From contig DATFBR010000053.1 in assembly GCA_035253685.1 (NCBI GenBank), positions 1-38,345 on the forward strand: DNA of 38,345 bases. Direction: 5' to 3'. Positions within the stretch are counted from its first letter, which is position 1. Each line of letters opens with the position of its first letter. This stretch comes from Jiangellaceae bacterium. GTDB lineage: Bacteria; Actinomycetota; Actinomycetes; Jiangellales; Jiangellaceae. The translations under genes were made by a program, and so were the position numbers. The notes below the pieces were generated by a model that saw only the letters and a program-made list of their open reading frames with translations, was not told the DNA's origin and made no database searches. This document shows, piece by piece, positions 8,421 to 17,629 of this stretch.

Positions 8421-9647
8421 GTGCAGGCGTGGCCCGGTCCCGACCTCCCCGGACTCGCCGGTAGGGGAGAACCCGTCCGCGTGCACGACACGGCGACCCG
8501 AAGCATCCGGGTGGCGGCCGCCGGGTCCTCTGCGCGGATGTACGTCTGCGGCATCACCCCCTACGACGCCACCCACCTCGGCCATGCCGCCACCTACATC
8601 GCCTTCGACACGCTGAACCGGGCCTGGCGGGACGCCGGCACACGGGTGCGTTATGTGCAGAACGTGACCGACATCGACGACCCGCTGTTCGAACGGGCCG
8701 CGCAACTCGGACGGGACTGGGACGCGCTCGGGCGGGAGCAGACCGAGCTGTTCCGCGATGACATGACCTGGCTGCGGGTCCTACCGCCGGAGCGGTTCGT
8801 GGGTGCGGTGGAGTCGATCCCACTCATCGTCGAACTCATCGACAGGCTGCGCACGGCCGGTGCCGCGTACGAGGTCGACGGCGACCTGTACCTCGCCGTG
8901 GCATCAGACCGGCATTTCGGCGAGATCTCGGGCCTGCACCGCGACACCATGCTCGCGCTGTTCGCCGAGCGCGGGGGAGACCCGGACCGGCCGGGCAAGA
9001 AGGACCCGCTGGACTGCCTGCTCTGGCAGTGCGAGCGTCCGGGAGAGCCGGCTTGGGACAGCCCGTACGGCCGTGGGCGTCCCGGCTGGCACGTGGAGTG
9101 TGCGGCGATCGCCCTGGCCCACCTTGGCGAGGCGCTGGACGTCCAGGGCGGCGGCACCGACCTGGTGTTTCCACACCACGAGATGTCGGCTTCGACGGCG
9201 CACGTCGCCACTGGCCGCTGGCCGTTCGCCCGTGCGTACGTCCATGCGGGCATGATCGGCTTGGGGGAGCGGAAGATGTCCAAGTCCGACGGCAACCTCG
9301 TCTTTGTCTCCCGGCTGCGAGCCGAGGGCATGGATGCGTCCGCCATGAGATTGGCGCTGCTCTCCGGCCATTACCGGGACGATCGCGACTGGAGTCCCGC
9401 GCTGCTGGAAAGCGCGCAGGAGCGGCTCGTGCGCTGGCGCCGGGCCGTGGCGGCTGAGACCGGCCCCGACGCCCGCGGCGTGCTGCGCAGCGTTCGCGGA
9501 CACCTGGCCGAGGACCTCGACACGCCGGCTGCGCTCGCCGTCGTGGACCATTGGGCCGAGCATGCCCTGCAGAACCCCGGCGGCGACCCGGGAGCCCCCG
9601 CCGACGTGCGCGCCCTGGTCGACACCCTCCTGGGCGTAGCACTCTGA
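8421..9647 (+). CDS. mshC: Cysteine--1-D-myo-inosityl 2-amino-2-deoxy-alpha-D-glucopyranoside ligase (mycothiol biosynthesis)
   Basis: 408 aa. [12 protein letters not shown]...[20 protein letters not shown] (HIGH-type motif) and KMSKSDGN (KMSKS). The N-terminus is very like known MshC proteins. Confidence 0.93.
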   Translation: MQAWPGPDLPGLAGRGEPVRVHDTATRSIRVAAAGSSARMYVCGITPYDATHLGHAATYIAFDTLNRAWRDAGTRVRYVQNVTDIDDPLFERAAQLGRDWDALGREQTELFRDDMTWLRVLPPERFVGAVESIPLIVELIDRLRTAGAAYEVDGDLYLAVASDRHFGEISGLHRDTMLALFAERGGDPDRPGKKDPLDCLLWQCERPGEPAWDSPYGRGRPGWHVECAAIALAHLGEALDVQGGGTDLVFPHHEMSASTAHVATGRWPFARAYVHAGMIGLGERKMSKSDGNLVFVSRLRAEGMDASAMRLALLSGHYRDDRDWSPALLESAQERLVRWRRAVAAETGPDARGVLRSVRGHLAEDLDTPAALAVVDHWAEHALQNPGGDPGAPADVRALVDTLLGVAL

Positions 9648-9681
9648 CCGCCCGCCCAGGGTCCTCCATTCCGTCGGGCTG

Positions 9682-10524
9682 TTACTCGTCGCGGCGACGC
9701 AGGTAGCGCTCGAACTCGCGGGCGATGTGCTCGCCGGACGCTTCGGGCAGCTCGGTCGTGTCGCGAGCCTCTTCCAGCCGGCGGACGTATTCGGCGATCT
9801 CGGGGTCCTCGGTGGCCAGCTCCTCCACTCCGTGCTGCCAGGCGCGCGCCTCATCCGGTAGGTCGCCGAGGGGTACTGGCAGGTCGAGGAGGTCCTCCAC
9901 CCGACGCAGGAGCACGAGCGTTGCCTTGGGGCACGGCGACTGGGCGACGTAGTGGGGGACGGCCGCCCACAGTGTCGTCGCGGTCAGCCCTGCCTTGGTG
10001 GCGGCGTCCTGCAGCACGCCGACGATGCCGGTCGGCCCCTGGTAGCGCGACGGCTCGAGTCCCATCGAGCGGGCGCGCTGGTCTTCGCTGGAGGAGACCG
10101 TCACCGGCACCGGGCGGGTGTGTGGGACGTCGGCCAGGAGGGCGCCGAGGGTGACAACGCGGTCCACGCCGAGCTCGGCCACCAGACCGAGCAGTTCGGC
10201 GCAGAACGCGCGCCAGCGCATGTTCGGTTCGATGCCGCGGACCAGGACGACATTGCGCCCCGAGTCCGGCGGCCGCGCGACCGAGAACCGCGTCGTCGGC
10301 CAGTCGAGACTGCGCACACCCGAGTCGTCCACCGAGACCGTCGGTCGGTTGACCTGGAAGTCGTAGTACTCCTCCGGGTCGAGCGATGCCAGCGGCACGG
10401 CGTTCCAGGCCCGCTCCAGGTGTTCGACGACGGCGGTCGCCGCCTCGCCGGCGTCATTCCAGCCCTCGAAGGCGGCGACCAGGACAGGGTCGTCCAGCTC
10501 CGGCACGGCGTCGAGCTCTACCAC
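9682..10524 (-). CDS. PAC2 (proteasome assembly chaperone 2-like) family protein
   Basis: PVLVAAFEGWNDAGEAAT...YYDFQVNRP...GIEPNMRWRAF...TLGALLADVPHTRP matches the family. I trimmed the start to GTG 10524 (GAGGAG 6 nt upstream). The ORF-track start at 10710 would overlap the metH start by about 100 nt. Confidence 0.82.
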   Translation of the reverse strand: MVELDAVPELDDPVLVAAFEGWNDAGEAATAVVEHLERAWNAVPLASLDPEEYYDFQVNRPTVSVDDSGVRSLDWPTTRFSVARPPDSGRNVVLVRGIEPNMRWRAFCAELLGLVAELGVDRVVTLGALLADVPHTRPVPVTVSSSEDQRARSMGLEPSRYQGPTGIVGVLQDAATKAGLTATTLWAAVPHYVAQSPCPKATLVLLRRVEDLLDLPVPLGDLPDEARAWQHGVEELATEDPEIAEYVRRLEEARDTTELPEASGEHIAREFERYLRRRDE

Positions 10525-10606
10525 CCGCTGCTCCTCGTTTCGGGATTCGTCGCCAGCGTACGACCCAGACGCCGGCGCCACCCACCGTCCCGATGGGCGG
10601 ACCACG

Positions 10607-13600
10607 ATGCCGCAGCGTGAGAGCCCGACTAACCTCGTGACGGTGTCTGCACCTGCCCTACGCCGTGCCCTGTCCGAGCGCGTCGTCGTCGCCGACGGCG
10701 CGATGGGCACGATGCTGCAGGCTGCTCACCTCACCCTGGACGACTTCGAGGGACACGAGGGATGCAATGAGGTCCTCAACGTCACGCGGCCCGACGTCGT
10801 GCGCTCGGTACACGACGCCTACCTCGCGGTGGGCGTCGACTGCGTAGAGACGAACACGTTCGGCGCGAACTGGGCCAACCTCGGCGAGTACGGCATCGGC
10901 GACCGGATCGGCGAGCTCGCGGAAGCGGGCGCGAGGCTGGCCGCAGAGGTGGCCGGAGACTGGTCCACACCGGATCGGCCGCGGTGGGTGCTCGGCTCGG
11001 TCGGGCCCGGCACCAAGCTGCCCTCGTTGGGCCACGTGCCGTTCGCGGTGCTTCGGGATGCGTACGAGACCCAGGTCGCGGCGATGATCGCCGGTGGCAT
11101 CCATGCCGTGATGGTCGAGACGGCGCAGGACCTGCTGCAGGCGAAGGCGGCGGTCATCGGAGCCCGCCGCGCGGTGAGAGCGGCCGGTGCCGACATCCCG
11201 GTGTTGGTCAACGTCACCGTCGAGACCACCGGGACCATGCTGCTGGGCACCGAGATCGGGGCTGCGCTCACCGCGCTCGAACCGCTCGGCGTGGACTTCC
11301 TCGGGCTCAACTGCGCCACCGGGCCGACCGAGATGAGCGAGCATCTGCGTCACCTTGCCCGGCATGCCCGGACCGGCCTGGCATGCATGCCCAACGCGGG
11401 TCTGCCCCAACTCTCCGCCGACGGTGCCCACTACCCGCTCACGCCGCGCCAGCTCGCCGACGCGCACGACCTGTTCACTGCCGAGTACGGCCTCGCGCTC
11501 GTGGGCGGCTGTTGCGGGACGACACCCGAGCACCTGCGCCTCGTCGTCGAGCGGGTCGGTGGCCGTGAGATCACGGCGCGTAAGCCGCGTACGGAGGCCG
11601 GCGTCAGCAGCCTCTACCAGCACGTCCCGTTCCGGCAGGACACCTCGTACCTGGCCATCGGCGAACGCACGAACGCCAACGGGTCGAAGGCGTTCCGAGA
11701 GGCCATGCTCGACGGGCGCTACGACGACTGCGTCGAGGTGGCCCGCTCGCAGACCAGGGACGGGTCGCACCTACTCGACGTCTGCGTCGACTACGTGGGT
11801 CGCAACGGGGTCGAGGACATGCGCGCGGTCGCCAGCCGGTTCGCGACGGCCAGCACGCTGCCTCTCGTCCTCGACTCCACCGAGCCGGCGGTCATCGAGG
11901 CCGGGCTGGAGTGCCTGGGTGGGCGGAGCGTGATCAACTCGGTGAACTACGAGGACGGCGACGGCCCGGAGTCCCGGTTCGCCAGGATCACCCGTCTCGC
12001 CGTCGAACACGGCGCCGCGCTGATCGCGCTGACCATCGACGAGCGGGGTCAGGCCCGCACGGCCGACGCGAAGGTGGAGATCGCCGAGCGGCTCATCGCC
12101 GATCTCACCGGGACCTGGGGTGTTCGTACGTCCGACATCGTGATCGACTGTCTGACGTTCACCATCGCCACCGGCCAGGAGGAGTCCCGCAAGGACGGCG
12201 TCGCCACCATCGAGGCCATCCGCGAGCTCAAGCGCCGCCATCCCGACGTCCAGACCACGCTGGGGCTGTCCAACATCTCCTTCGGGCTCAGCCCGCCGGC
12301 CCGGGCGGTGCTCAACTCCGCCTTCCTGCACGAGTGCGTCAAGGCAGGCCTCGACTCGGCGATCGTGCACGCAGCCCGGATCCTGCCGATCTCCCGCATC
12401 CCCGAAGAGCAGTACCAGGTGGCACTCGACCTCGTCTACGACCGTCGCCGGCCGGCGACCGGCGACGAGCCCGCATACGACCCGCTCGCGCGGTTCCTCG
12501 AGCTGTTCGAGGGTGTCGACGCCTCGGCCGCGGCGAGCAGCCGGGCCGCGGAACTGGCCGGCCTGCCGCTGTTCGAGCGGCTGGAGCGCCGCATCGTCGA
12601 CGGGGAGAGCAACGGCCTGACCGACGACCTGAACGAGGCACTGCAGCGCCGACCCGCCCTGGACATCGTCAACGACACGCTGCTGGCGGGGATGCGGACC
12701 GTGGGCGAGCTCTTCGGGTCGGGGCAGATGCAGTTGCCTTTCGTGCTCCAGAGCGCGGAGGTCATGAAGGCCGCTGTCGCACACCTCGAACCGCACATGG
12801 ACCGGATCGAGAGCGACCAGAGCGGCAAGGGCACGATCGTGCTGGCGACGGTGAAGGGCGACGTCCACGACATCGGCAAGAACCTCGTCGACATCATCTT
12901 GTCCAACAACGGCTATACCGTGGTGAACCTCGGCATCAAGCAGCCGATCAGCACGATCCTCGACGCCGCCGAGGAGAACGCGGCCGACGCCATCGGCATG
13001 TCCGGTCTGCTGGTGAAGAGCACCGTGGTGATGAAGGAGAACCTCGAGGAGATGAATCAGCGCGGCGTGGCTGCCCGCTGGCCGGTGCTGCTCGGGGGTG
13101 CTGCTCTGACCAGGGCGTACGTGGAGGACGACCTCGCCTCGCTCTACGCTGGCGAGGTGCGCTACGCCCGCGACGCGTTCGAGGGCCTCCGGCTGATGGA
13201 CGCGGTCGCCGCGGCCAAGCACGATCCCAAGACGTCGCTCGCGGAAGCGCTGCCCGCGCTGCGCAAGCGTCGCGTAGCACGCGGGCCGACCGCCGCCGAA
13301 CCGGCCGCGGCGCCAGACGTCCGTTCCGACGTCGCGCTCGACAACCCGGTCCCCGTCCCGCCGTTCTGGGGCACCCGGGTCGTGCGTGGACTCCACCTGG
13401 CCGATTACGCCGCCTACCTCGACGAGCGCGCGACGTTCATGGGCCAGTGGGGCCTGCGCGGCTCACGTGGTGGTCCCGGATACGAAGAGCTCGTCGAGAC
13501 CCACGGTCGTCCGCGCCTGCGGATGTGGCTCGACCGCCTGCATACCGAAGGCATCCTCGAGGCGGCCGTCGTCTACGGGTACTGGCCCGCGTTCTCGGAG

Positions 13601-14143
13601 GGCAACGACCTCGTGGTGCTCGACGCCGGGGACCGCCAGGGGGAGATCGCCCGGTTCACCTTCCCCCGGCAACGACGCGACCGGCGGCTGTGCCTGGCCG
13701 ACTTCTTCCGACCGCGGGAGTCCGGACAGCTCGACGTGGCGGCCTTCCACCTGGTCACCGTCGGCTCGAAAGTGGCGGAGGCGACCGCGAAGCTGTTCGC
13801 CGAGCACGCGTACCGCGACTACCTGGAGCTGCACGGGCTGTCGGTGCAGCTCACCGAGGCGCTGGCTGAGTACTGGCACGCCCGCGTGCGTAGCGAGCTG
13901 GGCTTCGGAGCGGAGGACTCCGGTGACCTCGACGCGATCCTCGCCCAGGGCTACCGCGGTTCGCGCTACTCCTTCGGCTACCCCGCCTGCCCGGACCTGG
14001 CCGACCGCACGACTCTGGTGCGGCTGCTCGAGCCCGAACGCATCGGGGTGACGCTGTCCGACGAGCTCCAGCTGCATCCCGAGCAGTCGACCGATGCACT
14101 GGTCGTGCACCATCCGGAGGCGAAGTACTTCAACGCAAGGTAA
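10607..14143 (+). CDS. metH: Cobalamin-dependent methionine synthase
   Basis: 1178 aa with the full domain order: Hcy-binding (ADGAMGTMLQ, GLNCATGP, GGCCGTTPEH), pterin-binding, B12-binding (GDVHDIGKN) and the AdoMet activation domain. Confidence 0.96.
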   Translation: MPQRESPTNLVTVSAPALRRALSERVVVADGAMGTMLQAAHLTLDDFEGHEGCNEVLNVTRPDVVRSVHDAYLAVGVDCVETNTFGANWANLGEYGIGDRIGELAEAGARLAAEVAGDWSTPDRPRWVLGSVGPGTKLPSLGHVPFAVLRDAYETQVAAMIAGGIHAVMVETAQDLLQAKAAVIGARRAVRAAGADIPVLVNVTVETTGTMLLGTEIGAALTALEPLGVDFLGLNCATGPTEMSEHLRHLARHARTGLACMPNAGLPQLSADGAHYPLTPRQLADAHDLFTAEYGLALVGGCCGTTPEHLRLVVERVGGREITARKPRTEAGVSSLYQHVPFRQDTSYLAIGERTNANGSKAFREAMLDGRYDDCVEVARSQTRDGSHLLDVCVDYVGRNGVEDMRAVASRFATASTLPLVLDSTEPAVIEAGLECLGGRSVINSVNYEDGDGPESRFARITRLAVEHGAALIALTIDERGQARTADAKVEIAERLIADLTGTWGVRTSDIVIDCLTFTIATGQEESRKDGVATIEAIRELKRRHPDVQTTLGLSNISFGLSPPARAVLNSAFLHECVKAGLDSAIVHAARILPISRIPEEQYQVALDLVYDRRRPATGDEPAYDPLARFLELFEGVDASAAASSRAAELAGLPLFERLERRIVDGESNGLTDDLNEALQRRPALDIVNDTLLAGMRTVGELFGSGQMQLPFVLQSAEVMKAAVAHLEPHMDRIESDQSGKGTIVLATVKGDVHDIGKNLVDIILSNNGYTVVNLGIKQPISTILDAAEENAADAIGMSGLLVKSTVVMKENLEEMNQRGVAARWPVLLGGAALTRAYVEDDLASLYAGEVRYARDAFEGLRLMDAVAAAKHDPKTSLAEALPALRKRRVARGPTAAEPAAAPDVRSDVALDNPVPVPPFWGTRVVRGLHLADYAAYLDERATFMGQWGLRGSRGGPGYEELVETHGRPRLRMWLDRLHTEGILEAAVVYGYWPAFSEGNDLVVLDAGDRQGEIARFTFPRQRRDRRLCLADFFRPRESGQLDVAAFHLVTVGSKVAEATAKLFAEHAYRDYLELHGLSVQLTEALAEYWHARVRSELGFGAEDSGDLDAILAQGYRGSRYSFGYPACPDLADRTTLVRLLEPERIGVTLSDELQLHPEQSTDALVVHHPEAKYFNAR

Positions 14144-14165
14144 CCGGCAATGGGATGATCGGCCG

Positions 14166-14915
14166 GTGACATCGACGCTTCCAGCAGCTGTCCTGTGGGA
14201 CATGGACGGCACGCTGGTCGACACCGAGCCGGACTGGATCCGCTGCGAGCGCGAGCTGGTCGCCACCCACGGAGGGACGTGGACCACCGAGGACAGCCTG
14301 GCCCTCGTCGGCCTCGACCTGCTCACGGCGGCCACCTACATCCGCGAGCGCGGCGGCGTGCCGATGACCGCGGAGCAGATCGTCGACTGGATGATCGACT
14401 GGATGGTCGAACGCGTGCGGCGCACGGTCACCTGGCAGCCGGGCGCGCCTGAGCTGCTGCGCATGCTCGACGAAGCCGGGGTCCCGTGTGCACTGGTCAC
14501 GATGTCCTACCGCCGGCTGGCGGAGTCCGTCGTCAGCAGGTTGCCGACGGGCAGCTTCGGTGCCGTGGTGACCGGCGACGAGGTACAGCGGGGCAAGCCG
14601 CACCCCGAGCCGTACCTGACCGCCGCGGCAATGCTCGGCGTCGAGCCGTCGGAGTGCGTGGTCCTCGAGGACACCTCGACCGGTGCGGCAGCCGGCCTGG
14701 CCGCCGGGTGCCGCGTGTTCGTGGTGCCCCACGTGGTGGACGTCGATCCGGCTTTGACGGTCACGGTTCTCCCGTCGCTCGCCGGTGTACGCCCCGAAGA
14801 TCTCGGGGCGCCTGCTCCCGGCGGCGACGGATCGCCGGGCACTTCGACGTTGGACGGGTTCGGCGGCCCGAAGTTCCATCAGATGACGGGTGCCGCGCCG
14901 CGGCGGCGCCGATAG
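14166..14915 (+). CDS. HAD superfamily hydrolase (subfamily IA phosphatase type)
   Basis: VLWDMDGTLVDTEP (DxDGT motif I) and ...GKPHPEPY...LEDTSTG are present. Start set to GTG 14166, because the ORF-track start at 14094 lies inside metH. Confidence 0.85.
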   Translation: MTSTLPAAVLWDMDGTLVDTEPDWIRCERELVATHGGTWTTEDSLALVGLDLLTAATYIRERGGVPMTAEQIVDWMIDWMVERVRRTVTWQPGAPELLRMLDEAGVPCALVTMSYRRLAESVVSRLPTGSFGAVVTGDEVQRGKPHPEPYLTAAAMLGVEPSECVVLEDTSTGAAAGLAAGCRVFVVPHVVDVDPALTVTVLPSLAGVRPEDLGAPAPGGDGSPGTSTLDGFGGPKFHQMTGAAPRRRR

Positions 14916-14988
14916 CGTCGCAGCAGTAGCTGCGTCCGATGCCCGCGTGGGCTGGGCGTTCGTCCGCTCCATCCGAGGTGAGGAACCG

Positions 14989-17583
14989 ATGAGACGGAAG
15001 ATCGCCGCGCTTGCATCGACCGGACTGCTGGCCGGGCTGCTGGCCGCGGTGCCGTTCTCCACCTCGGCGACGGCACAGGAGGAGCCACCGCTGCCGCTGC
15101 CCGATCCCGTGGTCCACGAAATTCAGATCACGGGTCCGGCCTCTGAACGGATGAACCTGATCATCCTCGGCGACGGCTACCAATGGGACCAGCAGAGCCT
15201 CTTCCTCGAGGACGTGGACCGCAACCTGGCAGTCATGTGGGCGACGGAACCCTACAAGAGTTACCGCAACTACATGAACGTGTACGCGGTCGAGATCGCC
15301 TCCATCGACTACGGCGTCCGACGTGACCCTGATGGCCGGGTACGGCACCCGGATGGCACGATCCGGGATACCGGAGAGCGAGAGGGACCGATCGACACCA
15401 AGAACACCGCCTTGCGCCTGTGGTACTCGGACGGTCTTGTCAACCCGCTGGCGCGCGGCACTACCTACGGCCCTGCGCCCCTGAACTGTGAGACATACGC
15501 GGCCTATTACCCGCCGGGCGTCAATCCCTGCGAGACCGGAACTCAGGCGCACAACCGGATCATCGACACCTTCGTGGCGCCGGTCATGGGCATCCCGCGC
15601 GGGCAGAACGTCCAGAGCCTTGCCGTCTTCAACACCTTCACCTACGGCGGCATCGGCGGCAGCAACGCCACCGCGTCCGGCGGGAGCCCACAAGGGCCGC
15701 TGATCTCGCTGCACGAGCTGGGTCACTCCCACGGCGCGATGGCCGACGAGTATCCCTACTCCTCACGCGACGTTGTCCGCCCCTGCTACACCGGCGGTGA
15801 GCCAGGCAGCTTCCACCACACGATCTACACCGATACCCAGCAGATGATCGCCGACCAGCACAAGTGGTGGCGGTGGATCGGTGAGGAGAGCCTGTCCGGC
15901 GGCACGATCGGCCTGCACGAGGGTGGAAACACCTTCCCGTGCGGCATCCGCCGACCCAGTGAGCACTCGATCATGCGGTGGATCGGCTTCGACTGGGACC
16001 AGGTCGGCCGCGAGCACATGGTCGCCCGCATCACCGGCCAAAGGAATACCGGTCAGATGGCGCTGAGCCATACGCCGGAGGGCACGGTGGCACGGGACAC
16101 CGTGCTCTGGGTCGAGACCCAGCATCCGAAGTCGCACCAGCTGGACGTGACCTGGCGGGTAGGGGGCCCGGACGGCACGGTGCTCGACACCGACAACAGC
16201 CGCAACCTCGACCTTGGTCCGCTCGACCTGGAGCCAGGCACGATCGTGCACGTCGAGGCGCGTGATCCGGTCGGCCCCGACGGCATCGACTGGGTTCGCA
16301 ACCCATCGACGGGCAACAGCGCGACCAACTCGGGCTACAACGGGCCACGGTTCGTTCAGACCCGGCAATGGACTGTCGGCGATACGACGGTCGAGCCGTC
16401 GCTGCCAGCCGCCGAGATCATCCTCTCGTCGCTGACCAACCAGCCGGTCAGCGGCGACGACGTGGTCTACGTCGAGACCAACCACCCGGCGGACAGGGTG
16501 CTCGACGTGGCGTGGCGGTTGGACGGTGAGGTCGTCCCGAACCCGCACAACAGCCGGAACCTCGACCTCGAGGCGCTGGACCTGGAATCAGGGACGTACG
16601 AGCTGACGGCGACCGTGACCGACCCGGCCGATCCCCTCGGGGTATCCGACACGGTCGAGTGGACGGTTGACAACGTCTTGCCGACGGCGCCGCGCACCCT
16701 GTCCGAGCCGCTGACCACGCTCGATGACGACCTCGAGCACCCGGTGTACTTCAGCGGGTGGGACATGTTCCTGGAACCGCAGGACGACCAGACCGGATAC
16801 GACCAGGAGCGTTTTGTGGTCGGACAGCTCCGCCTGAACGAGGACGGCTGGTTCAACTACTTCGGGTTCCCGGAGGAGGAGAACGCGCCGTTCAAGTTCC
16901 GGCACTCCGGCACGAACGTGAAGGCCCTGACCTACGGCAACCTCGGCACCGGCGGGCTGTCAAGGGCGACGTTCGAGCAGAGCTTGCCCGACGACCACCC
17001 GAGCGGAGGCTTCATCCCGGGCTTCGGTACGCACGTCGTCGAGCACCGGGCCATCGACCCTGCCGGCAACGTCGGCGAGGCCGGCGAGTACAGGGCAACC
17101 GTGCTGCCGGGGGAGTCGCCGGACTGCACGTCCACCGTGACCGGCCGCCGCAACGGCACCGTTGTCGTCACCGAGGGCGTGACCTGTCTCGAGAGTGCAC
17201 GCATCAACGGTGGCGTCACGGTCCAGGCCGGTGCCTCACTGGTGGCCACGGACAGCTCGATCAGCGGTGAACTGACCGCGACGGGCGCCGTCGTCGTACA
17301 GCTGTTCGGCACGACGGTGAACGGATCGATCCTGATCTCGGGGACGACCGCCGATGTGACCACTGCCGGGAACACGTTCATGGGCGAGGTCATCCTGTCC
17401 GGCAACACCCAGGTGTCGGCCAACGAGCGCTTCAGCCGGTTGGCAGGCGCGTACGGCCCGATCCTGGCTGGCAACCGGGTCATCGGCTCCGTGTCGTGCT
17501 CGGGCAACAGCGCCGACGCAAGCGACTTCGGCGCCGCCAACACCATCAACGGCGCCAGGACCGGTCAGTGCGCGGGGCTCTGA
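14989..17583 (+). CDS. Secreted multidomain M64-family (IgA-peptidase-like) zinc metallopeptidase
   Basis: Start ATG 14989 follows GGTGAGGA. Signal peptide MRRKIAALASTGLLAGLLAAVPFSTSATAQ. NLIILGDGY...YNYMNVYAVE... and HELGHSHGAMADEY (15712-15726) are M64 hallmarks. Two internal ~70-aa repeats are followed by an H.VEHRAID.AGNVGE module and a Cys-containing beta-helix-like tail. Confidence 0.85.
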   Translation: MRRKIAALASTGLLAGLLAAVPFSTSATAQEEPPLPLPDPVVHEIQITGPASERMNLIILGDGYQWDQQSLFLEDVDRNLAVMWATEPYKSYRNYMNVYAVEIASIDYGVRRDPDGRVRHPDGTIRDTGEREGPIDTKNTALRLWYSDGLVNPLARGTTYGPAPLNCETYAAYYPPGVNPCETGTQAHNRIIDTFVAPVMGIPRGQNVQSLAVFNTFTYGGIGGSNATASGGSPQGPLISLHELGHSHGAMADEYPYSSRDVVRPCYTGGEPGSFHHTIYTDTQQMIADQHKWWRWIGEESLSGGTIGLHEGGNTFPCGIRRPSEHSIMRWIGFDWDQVGREHMVARITGQRNTGQMALSHTPEGTVARDTVLWVETQHPKSHQLDVTWRVGGPDGTVLDTDNSRNLDLGPLDLEPGTIVHVEARDPVGPDGIDWVRNPSTGNSATNSGYNGPRFVQTRQWTVGDTTVEPSLPAAEIILSSLTNQPVSGDDVVYVETNHPADRVLDVAWRLDGEVVPNPHNSRNLDLEALDLESGTYELTATVTDPADPLGVSDTVEWTVDNVLPTAPRTLSEPLTTLDDDLEHPVYFSGWDMFLEPQDDQTGYDQERFVVGQLRLNEDGWFNYFGFPEEENAPFKFRHSGTNVKALTYGNLGTGGLSRATFEQSLPDDHPSGGFIPGFGTHVVEHRAIDPAGNVGEAGEYRATVLPGESPDCTSTVTGRRNGTVVVTEGVTCLESARINGGVTVQAGASLVATDSSISGELTATGAVVVQLFGTTVNGSILISGTTADVTTAGNTFMGEVILSGNTQVSANERFSRLAGAYGPILAGNRVIGSVSCSGNSADASDFGAANTINGARTGQCAGL

Positions 17584-17629
17584 CCACCAAGCACGGACCT
17601 CATGGAGTGACAGGCCAGCTGGAGGCGAC

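Noticed and set aside
10525-10606. Possible cobalamin or SAM riboswitch upstream of metH
   Set aside because: The divergent spacer is only about 82 nt and shows none of the conserved riboswitch cores I know. B12 riboswitches normally control metE rather than metH.
9682-10710. Full-length 342-aa version of the PAC2 ORF
   Set aside because: The first 62 codons are Arg/Ser/Thr-rich, lack similarity to PAC2 N-termini and overlap the metH start. GTG 10524, with GAGGAG upstream, gives a standard-length protein.
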